64,000 nucleotides of DNA, taken from contig NC_043006.1 in the NCBI RefSeq assembly GCF_006345805.1, positions 71,672,001-71,736,000 of the forward strand, given 5' to 3'. The DNA comes from Octopus sinensis (lineage: Eukaryota). This document shows positions 23,001-36,800 of the stretch, one piece after another. The notes under the pieces are model-generated. The model made no database searches. It was given only the letters and a program-made list of their open reading frames with translations, and was not told where the DNA came from. The position numbers and the translations under genes were made by a program. The first letter of the stretch is position 1, and each line of letters opens with the position of its first letter.

Positions 23001-25685
23001 ACTGAGTTTTATTTGTGTGTGTGTAAAATTAATCCATAAATAATTTATATATGTATGCATGTATAAAACATCTACGTCCCGGTATAATGAGTTGGTGATA
23101 ATTTTCAAGAGGCTTACAGATATATCGTCATAATCCCTAGTTATATTTTCCAATATTTTCATTAAAGCTTCTCGTCTATCTATGACCAAAACTCAGACAT
23201 TCTATTCCACTCACTGATACTAATTATAGTAAATCTGAATCCATATATTAAATGTCACTAATCTAAAAAATAAAACAAATTAGTTTTCGGTGTTGAAAAC
23301 TTTCAAAAAAGGATTTTAAACTTGTATTTTATTTCCAAAAGTTATTTATAATCCATTTAGAACGTATTGCTAAAAGAATAAGAAATTCCTTTTATAATCA
23401 TTTACGGATAATTTTGTAAAGTGTTTCCTTCTCCCACTTCATTATCATTAATAATACAAAAATATAATCCCATAATTTTGAAGAAACTATCCATCACCTT
23501 TGACATAGTGATATTACAGAGCTAGTGAAAACTATTACAGCGTAGCTTTAAATTATTTATGGGTTAATTTTCTTCGTGGAATATCTCAAAGTGTTTAATA
23601 TCATATATTATTATTTATAAATTCATCTTCAAGAAAAGTGAAAGCCATGAATAATATTTTTGCCAAATGAAAAATATATAAATAATAATAATAATTCTTC
23701 GAAACTAACGATTTACCTTCATTGCTATCGAGTCTAAGGACGAAGTGATCGGTATGTATTTATGATAACTCAATTTTGTTGCTAATAGTCCCCGCCTAAA
23801 TAACCATCTAGGCTCCTTGCAGTCTTTTACAAGCTAACCAAATCATTAAAAGTTTAATTTATGCCTGAAAAATATTAGAGTAAACATTAGACTATGTAAT
23901 TGAAGAAGCAACAGAGAAGCGTGTCTGTGAAAAATTTTCAAGGTGTCCTTAACAGTCTTATACATTGTCCCGATGTTATTTATCAATATTTCCAACTTAA
24001 CTCTCATGATAACAATATCTTAGCTTGATAAAATAATAAAATTGTTATTTGATTCAGATCTGACTGCCATTTCTTGCTATTTGGGGATGGTGCAAAAAGT
24101 CGTTCATTGCATAACGTTGTGGCGGTATGCTGCATTGACTTTCAATGCTGCCTCCAAGGTGGAATAAAATAAACACTAGTAACATTTTCAAGTCAGTTAC
24201 ACTCATTACCCGTGCATCACGTAGAAAATGTGAAAAAATGTTGTTAATATCTACTACCAAACAAACTCGCTCACTTATTTATGTCGTAAAATGCTATGAT
24301 CGTCATAAATATCTGATTATCAACAAAGCAGTATGCATCGGATAGTTAAGCCATCAAATAAGTCTTTTAATCAACACAACAGTTTTAGGTCCCATATTTT
24401 TGAAACCATTGAATGTTTTCTCTTTTTAAAATTTAACATGTACTGAAAGTCAACCATAAATGTCAGTTTATCATTCAATATGATTTGATAAAAAAAAATA
24501 TCTTATTGTGTAACACCCTTTCCCTGTTCATCCTACTCACACTACCCGACACATCTTCGCATGTAAAAGAAGTAGAAACTGAATATTAATACATAAGTTT
24601 ATATATATATATATTAAACAAATATACGTATCCCAGATCCATAGAATTGTTTTTTATAAATACATGTGCTCCTATTTTAATTACTATTCTAAATAGCTTT
24701 TTATAAATTTAATTTTTAAAAATAGTTGTTTACTCTATGCTGTGATACAAAATGTAGTTTCAAAGGTACGAGCCTCAGTGTTCACTAAAGCGATATTTCT
24801 TGCTTTTTATAGGTAATATATCATCGCACAGGAGATATTGCATATTATTTTAGCTAGCCTATTCGAGTAGGAATTTATATAACAATTATGTACACTTACA
24901 CACAGATATTACGTACACACTTTGATATTTCCCAAAATGACCTTCCGACTAAATGATAGGCAACTGCTCACCAAAAGAGCTCTCTTTCCAGCATTATAGG
25001 CCACTGGGCAAAGCTATATACACTAGGGCCTAGAGTATTTATTTATTGGGAGCAAACCACAACATACACGGATTAACATTAAGGCTCCTAAAACCGCTGG
25101 GTCCCCAAACAACTACCCTATGTGCCCATATCTAAAGACGACACTGTTCACCAACACTCTTCGACCGCTGGCCCACAAACACAATATCTCTTTATATCTT
25201 TCTTTTCGTCACTGGTGTCAGGCTGTATCGGCCTTTAACTTTCTCTTGGATAACATCGGTGTCGTGCAGAGGGGAGGCTGGTATGCATGCGCAACTGCTG
25301 GTCTTCCATAAACAACCTTGCCCAGACTTGTTCCTCAGTGGGGTAACTTTCTTGGTGCTATCCCACGGTCATTATATATATATAATATGAGTGAGAGATG
25401 TAAAGAATTATGTGTAGTCACATTATCAATTTAGCAGTTATTAATATATATATATATATATATCTCAATGACAAGAGAACAGGAGTTTTGTAACCAGCCT
25501 CATTAGTATGCAGCTGTTTTTGCTCTAAGAAGCCGTGTACTCAGAGCTGTATGGTTATGCAACATCTTATAGCTGCCTTGATGCAATTAAATTAAACTGT
25601 ATCTTTAGTTTGGAAGGCAATTAAATACATACAGTTGGTTACTTTCAGAACCATATATATATATATATATCTATATATATATATA

Positions 25686-27540
25686 TCATCATCATCATCA
25701 TTTAACGTCCATTTTCCACACTAGCATGGGTTGGACGGTCTGACCAGGGTCTGGAAGCCATGGAGGCTGCACCAGGCTCCAGTCTGATTTGGCAGTGTTT
25801 CTACAGCAGGATGCCCTTCCTAACGCCAACCACTCCATGAGTGTAGTGGGTGTTTTTTACGTGCCACCAGCACAGGAGCCAGGGCAAACGGCCATGATCG
25901 GTTGGTGCTTTTACGTGTCACCAACACGGACGCCAGTCAGGCGGCGCTGGCATCTGCTACGTTCGGATGGTGCTTTTTATGTGTCACCGGCATGGGTGTC
26001 TTAACTATAATTTCCATTTGAGTTGTTATTTTGATGTTGATGTACTTGACTCAATAGGTCTCCTCAAGAACAGCGGGTCACTCTATGGTCCAAGATTAGT
26101 ACTGCAGGCTGTCCTGCGAGCCATGAACTCACTTCATTTGTCAGGTCTTCGAAGTCACAGCATATTTCCAGAGGTCTCGGTCTTTTGTCGTAGCCTCTGT
26201 GAGACTCAAAGTACGAAGGTCATGCTTGACCACCTCATCCCATGCTTCCTGGGTCTACCTCTACCCTGGATTCCTTCAACAATTTGGGAGTGGCACTTCT
26301 TCACACATCTCTCCTCATCCATCTGTAGTACATGACCATACCAACGCAATCGTCTCTCCTGCACGCTGCATCCAATGCTTCTTATGCCCAACATTTCTCT
26401 CAGGGCGCTTACACTCTGTTGTACATGGACACTGACATTACACATCCAGCGGATCATGCTAACTTCATTTCTTTCAAGCCTACGCATGTCCTCCGCAGTC
26501 ACAAACCATGTTTGACTGCTGTGAAGCATTGCGGTTCGCACACATGCATCATACAATCTATCTTTCACTCTGAGTGAGAGACCCTTTGTCGCCAGTAGGG
26601 GAAGAAGCTTCCTAAACTTTGCCCAGGCTATTCTTATTCTAGTGGTAACACTCTCTGAGCATCCACCCCTGCTACTGATTTGGTCACCTAGGTATCAGAA
26701 ACTATCAACTATTTCTAGTTTCTCCCCAAGGAGTGTAATGGAATCTGTTCTCTGAGTATCAATGGTGTCTATTGCCCCTGTGCATCTGCCGCACATGAAA
26801 GCTATCTTCTCAGTTAATTTTCTTTTGATATTGCTGCACCTCTTATGTGTCCATAGCTTACACTGGGTACATCTTATGGAGTTTCTACCTACACCTTTTC
26901 TACAGATTGAGTAGGGCCACCTACCTGAAGGGGTGTGTGGTGAGTTTGCCTTCCTACTTACTAGGAACTTTGGTCTTTGCTACATCGACTCTAAGGCCTT
27001 TTGATTCTAAACCTAGCTTCCACACCCGAAATTTCTTCTCTAGTTCCGGTAGTGATTCTGCTACGAGGGCTAGGTCATCAGCATAGAGGAGCTCCCAGGG
27101 ACAACCCATCTTAAATTCTATGATGAATAGAAGGGGGCTGAGCCTTGGTTGACCTCAACTTCTACCTGGAATTCTTCACTGTACTCATTGCCTATCCTAA
27201 CCTTACTAACAGCCTCTCTGTAAAGGGCCTGTACAGCCCTTATTAACCATTCGTCAATCTCCAGTTTCTGCATCGCCCACCAGATAAGGGATCGGGGGAC
27301 CCTGTCAAAGGCTTTCTCCAAGTCCACAAAAACTAAGTATAGGGGTTTATCTTTGGCTAGGTATTTCTCTTGCAGTTGTCGAACCATGGCACAAAACCAA
27401 ACTGCATCTCATCTAGGCTAACTTTCTCCCTAATTTCTCTGTGACCTTCATTACCTGATCCAGCAGTTTGATACCCCTGTAGTTGTTTCTATCTAGAGCA
27501 TCACCTTTACCCTTGTAGCAGTTGACTATGGTGCTGCTAT
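25686..27540 (-). mobile_element. 5'-truncated RTE-clade LINE: RT fragment, C-terminus and 3' UTR with (ATG)n tail
   Basis: FVDLEKAFDRVPRSLIWWAM; RRLRWYGHV...GRGRPRK; the 3' UTR equals the abundant GGAAGGGCATCC repeat. Confidence 0.9.
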
Positions 27541-27621
27541 AAAAGATAATATGGTTTGATGATGAAAAACCACACCCAGTGGTGCACAGATTTACATGTA
27601 TCTAAGTATTTGCACACCTGG

Positions 27622-27659
<38 letters not shown>

Positions 27660-27827
27660 GGCTACTATTTTTAGAAGGTTGAGCCCCTTCATTAGTTCTA
27701 TGATGTGTTTGCTTATTCAGTTGATTATACTCCTTCAAGAAAAGATGATATCATTATCATCACCATCATCTCATCATTTTCTGTTATTTATGTTGTTTTT
27801 TTTATCATTTTTACACCAGCCATCAAG

Positions 27828-27882
27828 ATGTTACGTCTAGCGTCTCTGAAGCTTCTTCAGAGACCAACTAGCATAGCTTGTG
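27828..27882 (+). CDS. NDUFS1: NDUFS1 first coding exon (transit peptide; exon starts 27820, so an upstream non-coding exon is implied)
   Basis: ttacaccag|ccatcaagATG; [18 protein letters not shown]; G|GTAAGT. Confidence 0.9.
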
Positions 27883-30800
27883 GTAAGTGCATCTCTTTTT
27901 GCTTTTGCTCTACATTTTAATTTCAAGCCTGGCTCAATGGCTGAAAAATTGGCTTTACAATCATGTATGTGGCCTTAGGTTCAGTTCTACAATGTGACTT
28001 CTTAGGCAAATGTCTTCTATTCTTGTTTTGGGCCAACTAATACTTTGTGAGTGAAAATGTTGATATAGACTGCATGGAAGACTGCTTTATGCATGGTGCT
28101 GGTGCCATGTGAAAAGCTCCCTGTTCACTGTAAGGTGGTTGGCATTAGGAAAGGCATCCATCTGTAAAAACCTGTCAATCAGACCCCGATGGTGTTGGTG
28201 CTACATAGAAAGCACCCTGTTCACTCTGTAAGGTGGTTGGCATTAGGAAGGGTATCCAGCTGTAAAACCCATGCCAACACAGACAGTGGAGCTTGGTGCA
28301 GTCCTCTGGCTTGCTAACTCCTGTCAAACCATCCAGCCCATACCAACTTGGAAGATGGACATCAAATGATATATACGCACAAACATTATTTAACATCTGT
28401 TCTCTATGGGATGGGTTCGATGGTTTAAGAGGATTCATTGAGTTGGTCGACCACAGGAGCCAGTAAGGTGGCCCTGGCATCAATCATGTTCAGATAGTGC
28501 TTTTTATGTGTCACCAGTCACAGGAGCCGGTCAGGCGGGCCTGGCATCGATCATGTTCGGATAGTGCTCTTTACAGGCCACCGGCATGGGAGCCACTAAT
28601 AGTTAGTTGGACTATTATTTTTTAGTATTAAGGTAGAGTCAGTTTAATTATGGTGCAGGTGCATATTCATTTTAATCAACGATATTGCTGCTGGAAATAT
28701 GAAAGGGGAAGTAGACCATGAAGGGACATAACCTATGTACCATAAAGTATTCTGTCTTGTGCTCCACTGATTTTGTCAGTTTTATACCTTATCTGTGGAG
28801 GCTTTGATAAAGAATAACAATTACAGGATTTTATGGGACTTCCCCATAAAGACCTCCCATACTATCGCAGCAAGAATACCAGATACGATTGTTGAGGACA
28901 AAAGAAACAAACAGTGTAAGATCATAAACTTTGCAATACTATATATTAATAGGGTGGATACCAAAGAAATTTACAAAATTGAGAAATATCAGGATCGAGT
29001 TAGGGAGATGAAGATTTCATGGAAGACTAAGATGATACTTATTCCTGCGGTAATTGGTGCACTTGGTGTAGCATCCAAATTACCAACTAAGAGGTTGAAG
29101 AATATTGGAGTTTGAGTCTCGCATTGTTAGCCTGTAGAGAAATGCAATCCTGTATTCTGCAAGAATCCTAAGAGTCTTCAAATTTGAGGAGACTCGTTAC
29201 CAAACTTCATGATAGTAACTCTGCTAACTAATATAGCATGTAATAATTAAAGTGATCATAATAATTTGATAAAAAATCTTTATAATGAGGGTTATCGTCT
29301 AAAGTGTGTTATTTCTTGTTGAAATTATTTGAAGTAATTTTGAACATGTCTCCAAATTGTGTTTTGTTATTGCAGCTCGTCTTACCTCAGGGTCTGCAGC
29401 CCCAGAAAAGGTGGAGTTGTTTGTTGATGACAAACCAGTTTATGTTGAACCTGGAACCACTGTGTTACAAGTGAGCATTCGTTGTTTTATCTTGATTGTT
29501 TTCTTTGAGATTGCTTATTAGATTTGTGATGATATGGGTAGCTATGAGGTGAATTGGCAAAATTGTTAGATTGCCGGATGGAATGCTTTGTGATATTTAT
29601 TTTGGTTCATTGCCTTTTATTGATCAGTAAACCACTGAGTAAGTATTGGGGATTGATACAATTGGCTGTTTCACTGGCCCTTGTGCTGATGGTACATAAA
29701 ATAAAAGCACCCACTACACTCTTGGAGTGGTTGGCGTTAGGAAAGGCATCCAGCTGTAGAAACTCTGCCAGATCAAGATTGGAGCCTGGTGCAGCCATCT
29801 GCTTCGCCAGTCCTCAGTCAAATCGTCCAACCCATGCTAGCATGGAAAGCGGACGTTAAACGATGATGATGATGATGAGATGCTTGGCCCTTTGCCTATA
29901 TTGAGTGAACAAAATTAATGTAATGACCAAAGTTACCTTGTATGTATTTCCAACTGATTTATATCCATTTAAGTCAACATCAACTTGTGTTTGGTTTCTT
30001 ATGCACTCAATAAAATATACCTCAGCGCAAGAGAGCTGTGAACAAGGGCCATTTAAAAATAGATATCAGTTGATGTAAGGGAGATAATTGTATTGCTATA
30101 GATAGTTATAAAATGAGTGGAATGAGTGTTGCTAATGTTGTTGTTTAACCCCAGGTCAATCCTGATTGAGCAGATCTAAGCTCAAGGTCATTTCAATCAT
30201 AACTATCCTGCTGCTTTGGAAGTAACTGTGATTACATTATCCAAAGCGTTTTCTGTTTTTAAGTTAGTGGAATGTGATCTGAGGCAAATTTGGGTGCTAT
30301 TGTAGCATGTTGAGTGATCTCAGAATGTTCCTCAGTGTGTGCTGCCTGTGGGATGGAAGGTAAGAGAGGCGGAAACCAAGGAAAATGTGGGTTGAAGTGA
30401 GGAGGTTAGATCTTGGGATACTAAGTTTCACAGATGAGCTAACAAAAGATTAAGACTGAAGGCAATAGGCAGTGTAATAGACCTGTCTCTCCTATGCCAG
30501 AATAAACTTTGATGATGACATAGAGGTCATAATTGATTCACTTAGTTTCTAAATGTAAATTCTAAGAGCATGCCATTGATGAGGTCTTGAATGGTAACAA
30601 AAAGACTGACAAACCTTGCTGATTGATTGATTATCTTAATTAATCAAATAATGAATTAAATGGTTAAATGATTAACCAACTGATTAATAATAATAAAAGA
30701 AGTGAAATAGAACGAGTGCATGTGTTTATTGTTGGTGTAATGACCTTCCCAAGATACAACAAAATACGTTTTTCCCTCTTCTCAATTTCAGGCTTGTGCT

Positions 30801-33800
30801 GCGGCTGGAGTTGAAATTCCAAGATTTTGTTACCATGATCGTTTATCGGTGGCAGGAAACTGTCGGATGTGTTTAGTTGAAGTGGAGCGAGCAGCAAAGG
30901 TGAATCTCATATTTCTATCCCTCTTTCAGTTGTGGTCTTAATTGAATGCAAGAGAGTTAGTCTGTGTTCGCTGTCCAGATAATGGAAACAGACACTAGCC
31001 CTGTATCCAAAATGGCCAATTTTTTTTTACATTCTGCACAGCGACTAAACTCTCTTGCATTTTATTATTATTGTTGTTAATGCAGAACCTCATTAGTTGC
31101 TTGGATTATGGATTTTATTATTAGTATTAATTATTTTAAATCAGTTTGATGTTAGCTCAACACAGTATTGTAATGATAAAGCCATCATTTCATTAATCCA
31201 GGGAACACTATTCTCAGAATAATCAGTTCTACTTGTATGACAAGTCCCTCAAGATGTATGTAGACACCTTACTCATAAAATCTACCTAGCTGTAAATTAG
31301 ACCATGAACTGAGGCAGTCCACCTGACTGTAAGTAGATACCACACTGTGGTACAGTCTACCCAGCTGTGTCTACCACACAGTGACAGTCCACTTAGCTGT
31401 CAGTAGGTACAACACATTGACACAATCCACCTAACTGTCAGTTGGTATTACAATGTGGTACATTCCACTTGGCCGTTAGTAGGTACCTATCACTCTGTTT
31501 CTGTTATTTTACTCTCTCCTCTCATTCTTATACTATTTGTCTCTGTCAAGACAATCTGTTGGTGTTGGTGAATGAATAAATGGAGATGACATTCAGCAAG
31601 GGAGAACTCTTTACTTTTGCTGAGGGTAAGGTAACCTCTCTGGTGCTGGTGCTGTGCTAAAACCAGACTCTGTAAAGTGGTTGTCAAGTGAATAGAGACA
31701 GTGTTGGGTAGGGAGACTTATTTAGTCTTGCTGGGGATATGACAAACACTTTAGTGCTGGTGCCATGGTAAAATGCATCCTGTCCATTCTGTAAAGTAGT
31801 TGGTGATAGCAAACCATTCCAAAAATGGAATGTATGAATGAAACTTGGTCCCCAGTTTGTCTAAGAAGGCAGCAACTTTAAATAAGAACAGACTCAGACT
31901 GTGACAATCCATCCAACCCATAACAGTTTGGAAAGTAGATGTAAAATCATGATGATGATGGAATTTGGTAAAACAAAATAAGAGACTGCAGATAATAAAA
32001 TGATACTGGAAGGAGTATTAGACATCAGTAGGTCCAGTTTGCAACCGAGAAGTGTTATAGGCCTATCTCAAGGCTTAAAACATATTTATCATTTGTGATG
32101 GGAATACACTATTCAGGAACTGCTATGCCATCTTCTGAAATCTATGGTTAGTTTCTTTTGTTTAAGATTGGTAATGTTTTCTCTCTCTCTCACACACACA
32201 CACACACATACAGCCATTCATATATTAATTGATATTGATTATAATGTAATCTTGCAGCCTGTTGCATCATGTGCCATGCCCGTTATGAAAGGAATGAAGG
32301 TGAAAACAAACTCTCCCATTGCCAAAAAGGCTCGGTAAGTTTTTACTTGGATTTCTTAAAACTTATTCACTACCATAACTGGTTAAGGCAGTTGAAACCT
32401 CTCACTTGCAATAACATCTCATCTTTTACAAGACACTCTGTCTTCTCAAACACAGAGACTCAGTTTTCAGTAATATGACTTAGTAACAACAACAACAACA
32501 ATAATTATCATAGTAGTAATAATTGTGTCTACTTTAGGTATAAGGCCAGCAGTTTTTAGTAGGAGAGGGTTCGTTTCATCAGCCCTCTACATATTTGGTA
32601 CTTTATCATTGACCCTGGAGGGATGAACAACAAAATTGACCTCAGTAAGATTTGAATTTAAAATGTAAAGAGCTGGAACAAATACTGTAAGCCATTTTGT
32701 CCAATGCTCCTACAATTCTGTGAATACATCACCCTAAGTAATCCTTTTTAATTTTGGCACAAGGCCAGCAATTTTGAGGGGAGAGGGAACTCCATTACAT
32801 CAACTCCAGTACTCAACTGGTGTGTATTTTATTGAATATGAAAAAAGCAAAGTTGACCGTGATGGAATTTGAACTCAGAACATTATAAAGAAAGACACAC
32901 TGGAAAATATAGTTGTAAATAGACACATCCTTCCAGAGTCGATATAAAAATGGGGAGGAAGTTAATTGATTCCATCAGTATCTGTCAGGTACTGATGTTG
33001 ATGATATTGACTAAACCCTCCCCACAAAATTGCTGGTCTTGGGCCAAAATTAGAAGCAATTATTGTTAAGAGTGATGGAATACTGGAATAAATATTTTTT
33101 TATACACATGTCCCTATAAATATACACACACACACACAAGCACGTGCGTGTGGCTCTGTGGTAAGAAGTTTTTGTATTCAGTCTCACTGTATGGCATCTT
33201 GGACAAATGTTTTCTACTATAGCCCAAGGGGCTGACCAAAGCATCATGAGTAGATTTGGTAGACAGAAATTGAAAGAAGCCTATAGTGTGTGTGTGTGAG
33301 ACTGTCTGTTTGCTTTGACATATGATAGTTGTAAGTGATTGTCACTATCATGCAAGTGGCATCCTTTGTTTCCAGTCCTCTGATACATGTCTGCACATGA
33401 GGAAATATTACCTTACTTGGAAACAGAAAGGGCATCCAGCTGTAGAAAACCTGCCTCAACAAATCCTATCTGGCCCATACAAGCATGGAAAAGCTGACAT
33501 TAAAACAATGACAATGAAGATCAGTCACACAGCTCAGCCCTTATTTAACTACATCTAGGTAAAGTTAAATGGAAACAGTGTAGTGTTGTATCTTACTCTT
33601 AATAGTAAACGATTCGCTAATTGTTAAAGGGGTTGCTTAATTCAATAAGTTTTGCTTTGTTCTTTTTTAAAGGGAAGGTGTGATGGAATTCCTTCTGGTC
33701 AATCATCCATTGGACTGTCCAATTTGTGACCAAGGTGGAGAATGTGATTTGCAGGTAGAGTATTTACTTATTATCACTCATTCTTTCTTTTGTCTGATTG

Positions 33801-36800
33801 TCTGTCTTGGATTATATCTGTCTTTCTGTCATAAATACTATTGTTTGATATATATATATATTCATACACACATACATATTAATGTGTGTGTGTGTGAAGG
33901 CGCATGGCTTAGTGGTTAAGGTGTTGTAGGTTCGATTCCCAGACTGAGCGTTGCATTGTGTTCTTGAGCAAAGCACTTCATTTTACAGTGTTCTGCGATC
34001 ATTTCGGCATCTGACATGTGGCATCTGTTGTACCTGTACAAATAATGTTGATCTGATGGAGGGTGTGAGCTTATGTGTACACAAACATGTGATCACTATA
34101 GACAAATCATCTCTCTGGTTGTTCGGCAAGAAATTGTCAAATCCTCATACATTGCCTAACAACAAGAGAGTCCATCATTTATATATATATACTAGCAGTA
34201 TCACCCGGCGTTGCTCGGGTTTGTAAGGGAAATAACTATATAAGCATTTTTAGAAAGTTACTTCCCTTATAGATGCCAATTCGGGCTTTCTTAGCCCTTT
34301 CTGTTTTGGTGTCTTCAAGCCATGAAGTCGTTGTTCTAAAAGAACGCTGGTCTCCTTGACAACGCTTTACGACGTTGATTTCCTTACACTCCCTTCCCCA
34401 CAGCTTCACGAGGGAGGGAAGAAGGGGGAGAAGCAAACAGGTGCAGGTGTGACCATGGACGCCAACTCCGCCGCCATCGACACACGAAAAATTATGCATT
34501 AAAATGGAATAAAAAATGATGTTAAATTATTTTTAAAATCGTAGACTCATCGTAGACGGGCTCGATATGAATCACGACTATAAGATACCCGAATTTGGTT
34601 AAACTGCACCGCAAAATGTGGGAGTAGTTAGGAATCTAAATCGAAGGGGACAGACACTCACACAACTACAGTTTTATATATATAGATATTAGGTATATAT
34701 ACAGACATATGCATGCATGCATGTGGTTTAGAAGCTTGCTTCCCAACCATATAGTCTCAGGTTCAGCTCCACTGTGTAGCACTTTGGGCAAGTGTCTTCA
34801 ACTACAGCTTTGGACAACCAAAGCCTTGTGAGTGAATCTGCTTGATGGAAACTGAAAGAAGCCTGCTGTGTGTGTTTGTGCCTGTCCTTATCTCAGTAGC
34901 ACATGGGTGTATTTGATGTGTGTATTTGGTGTGCAAAGTTGTTGTGTGTTAGTATGAATGCTTACAGTCTGTGCTGCCCTGAAAAAGTGCCGAATTATGG
35001 ATGATGATGTTTGTTTGATATTTTGTGGCTCTTTTACTTCTGTAGCTGAGTAAAATAAAAACTGTCATACTTAAAAAAAAAAAAAGAGTCAGGTTAGGAT
35101 AAACAATAGAAAGGACACATGGCTATAAGAACAGTGCTTCAGTTGTTTTTGTCTAACCCATGCAAGCACGAAAAACAGACATAAAATTTCTTTCTTTCTA
35201 CTATCAGTGCAAGGCCTGAAATTTTTGAGGAAGGAACTAGTCTATTTCATCAACCCCAGTTCTTGACTGGTAGTTATTTTACCGACCCCGAAAGAATGAA
35301 AGGCAAATTTGACCTCAGCAGGATTTGAACTCAAAATGTAAAGCTGAAGAAATGCTGCAAAGCATTTTGATTGACTCTGCTAGATAATAAGATGAATGAA
35401 CAAAATATTATATAGATTGTGTATCATTAATAAGGAATAATAAGGTTGTGAACTGGCAGGATCATTACTGCACTAGATAAAATGCTTAGAAGCATTTTGA
35501 GTTCAAATCCTGCTCAGGGTGATTTTTGCTTTTCATCCTTTCAGGGTAGATAAAATAAGTATCACTTGAACACTGGGGACTTACCCATCTCCTGAAATTG
35601 CTAGCCTTTTGCCAAAATTAGAAAGTGAAAAGTTATTAATAGTAGGAGTGAACAGGCGTAGGAGTGGCTGTGTGGTAAGTAGCTTGCTTATCAACCACAT
35701 GGTTCTGGGTTCAATCCCACTGCGTAGAATCATAGGCAAGTGTTTTCTGTTATAGCCTCGGGCTGACCAAAGCCTTGTGAGTGGATTTGGTAGACGGAAA
35801 CTGAAAGAAGCCCGTTGTATATGTGTGTGTGTATGTTTGTATGTCTGTGTTTGTCCCTCCTACCATTGCTTGACAACCAATGCTGGTGTGTTTACATCGC
35901 CATAACTTAGCAGTTCAGCAAAATAAATCGATAGAATAAGTACTAGGCTTACAAAGAATAAGTCCTGTGGTCGATTTGTTCAACTAAAGGTGGTGCTCCA
36001 ACACGGCTACAGTTAAATGACTGAAACAAGTAAAATAGTAAAAGAGGGAACTACCAGATATTGAAACCTTGATAGCAATATGAAGCATGTCTCTTTCCTT
36101 GTTTTTCAGGATCAGTCTATGGTGTTTGGGAGTGATCGCAGTAGATTTACAGACATTAACTTTACAGGCAAAAGGTCAGTAGTGACAATTTGATATATCC
36201 CTTTATTAGTATAATGATACATCTTTCTTCTGTTGAATATTAAGTCTGTTATTTTTGAGGTTTTGTTGCTGTTACTGTAATTGTTTTGTGGTTTTGTTGC
36301 AGGGCTGTTGAAGACAAGAATGTTGGTCCCCTTATAAAAACCATTATGACACGTTGCATTCACTGCACTAGATGCATACGGTAAGGTTATGGTCTTGTCA
36401 GATGTCTTTATTTATTCATGTATTTGTTTGTTGTTGTTTTGTCCCAGGTCAGCTCTTATCCACCAGGTCTTGTGACTACAATTTACAGAAACCCCTGCAT
36501 TACAGAAACATTGCATTCATGAAATCTTTGGGGTAACATGGAATTCCTTAATTGTAACACATAATGTACATTCCTATTATCTTCCATTTCATTGGCTTTC
36601 ATTTAACATCAAAGTCAACGGGAAAATTTACTCCATGTTATGAAATGGTTTTCGTGAGTGCAATGCCTCTGTAACACAAGGAATGCGTTGTTTTTCAGAC
36701 ATAGTATACCTGTCAAAACTATGTGATAGAAGCAGTATATGAAAGATTAGACAGGTGTGTGTGTATAGGCACAGGCATAGCTGTGTGTTAAGAAGCTTGC

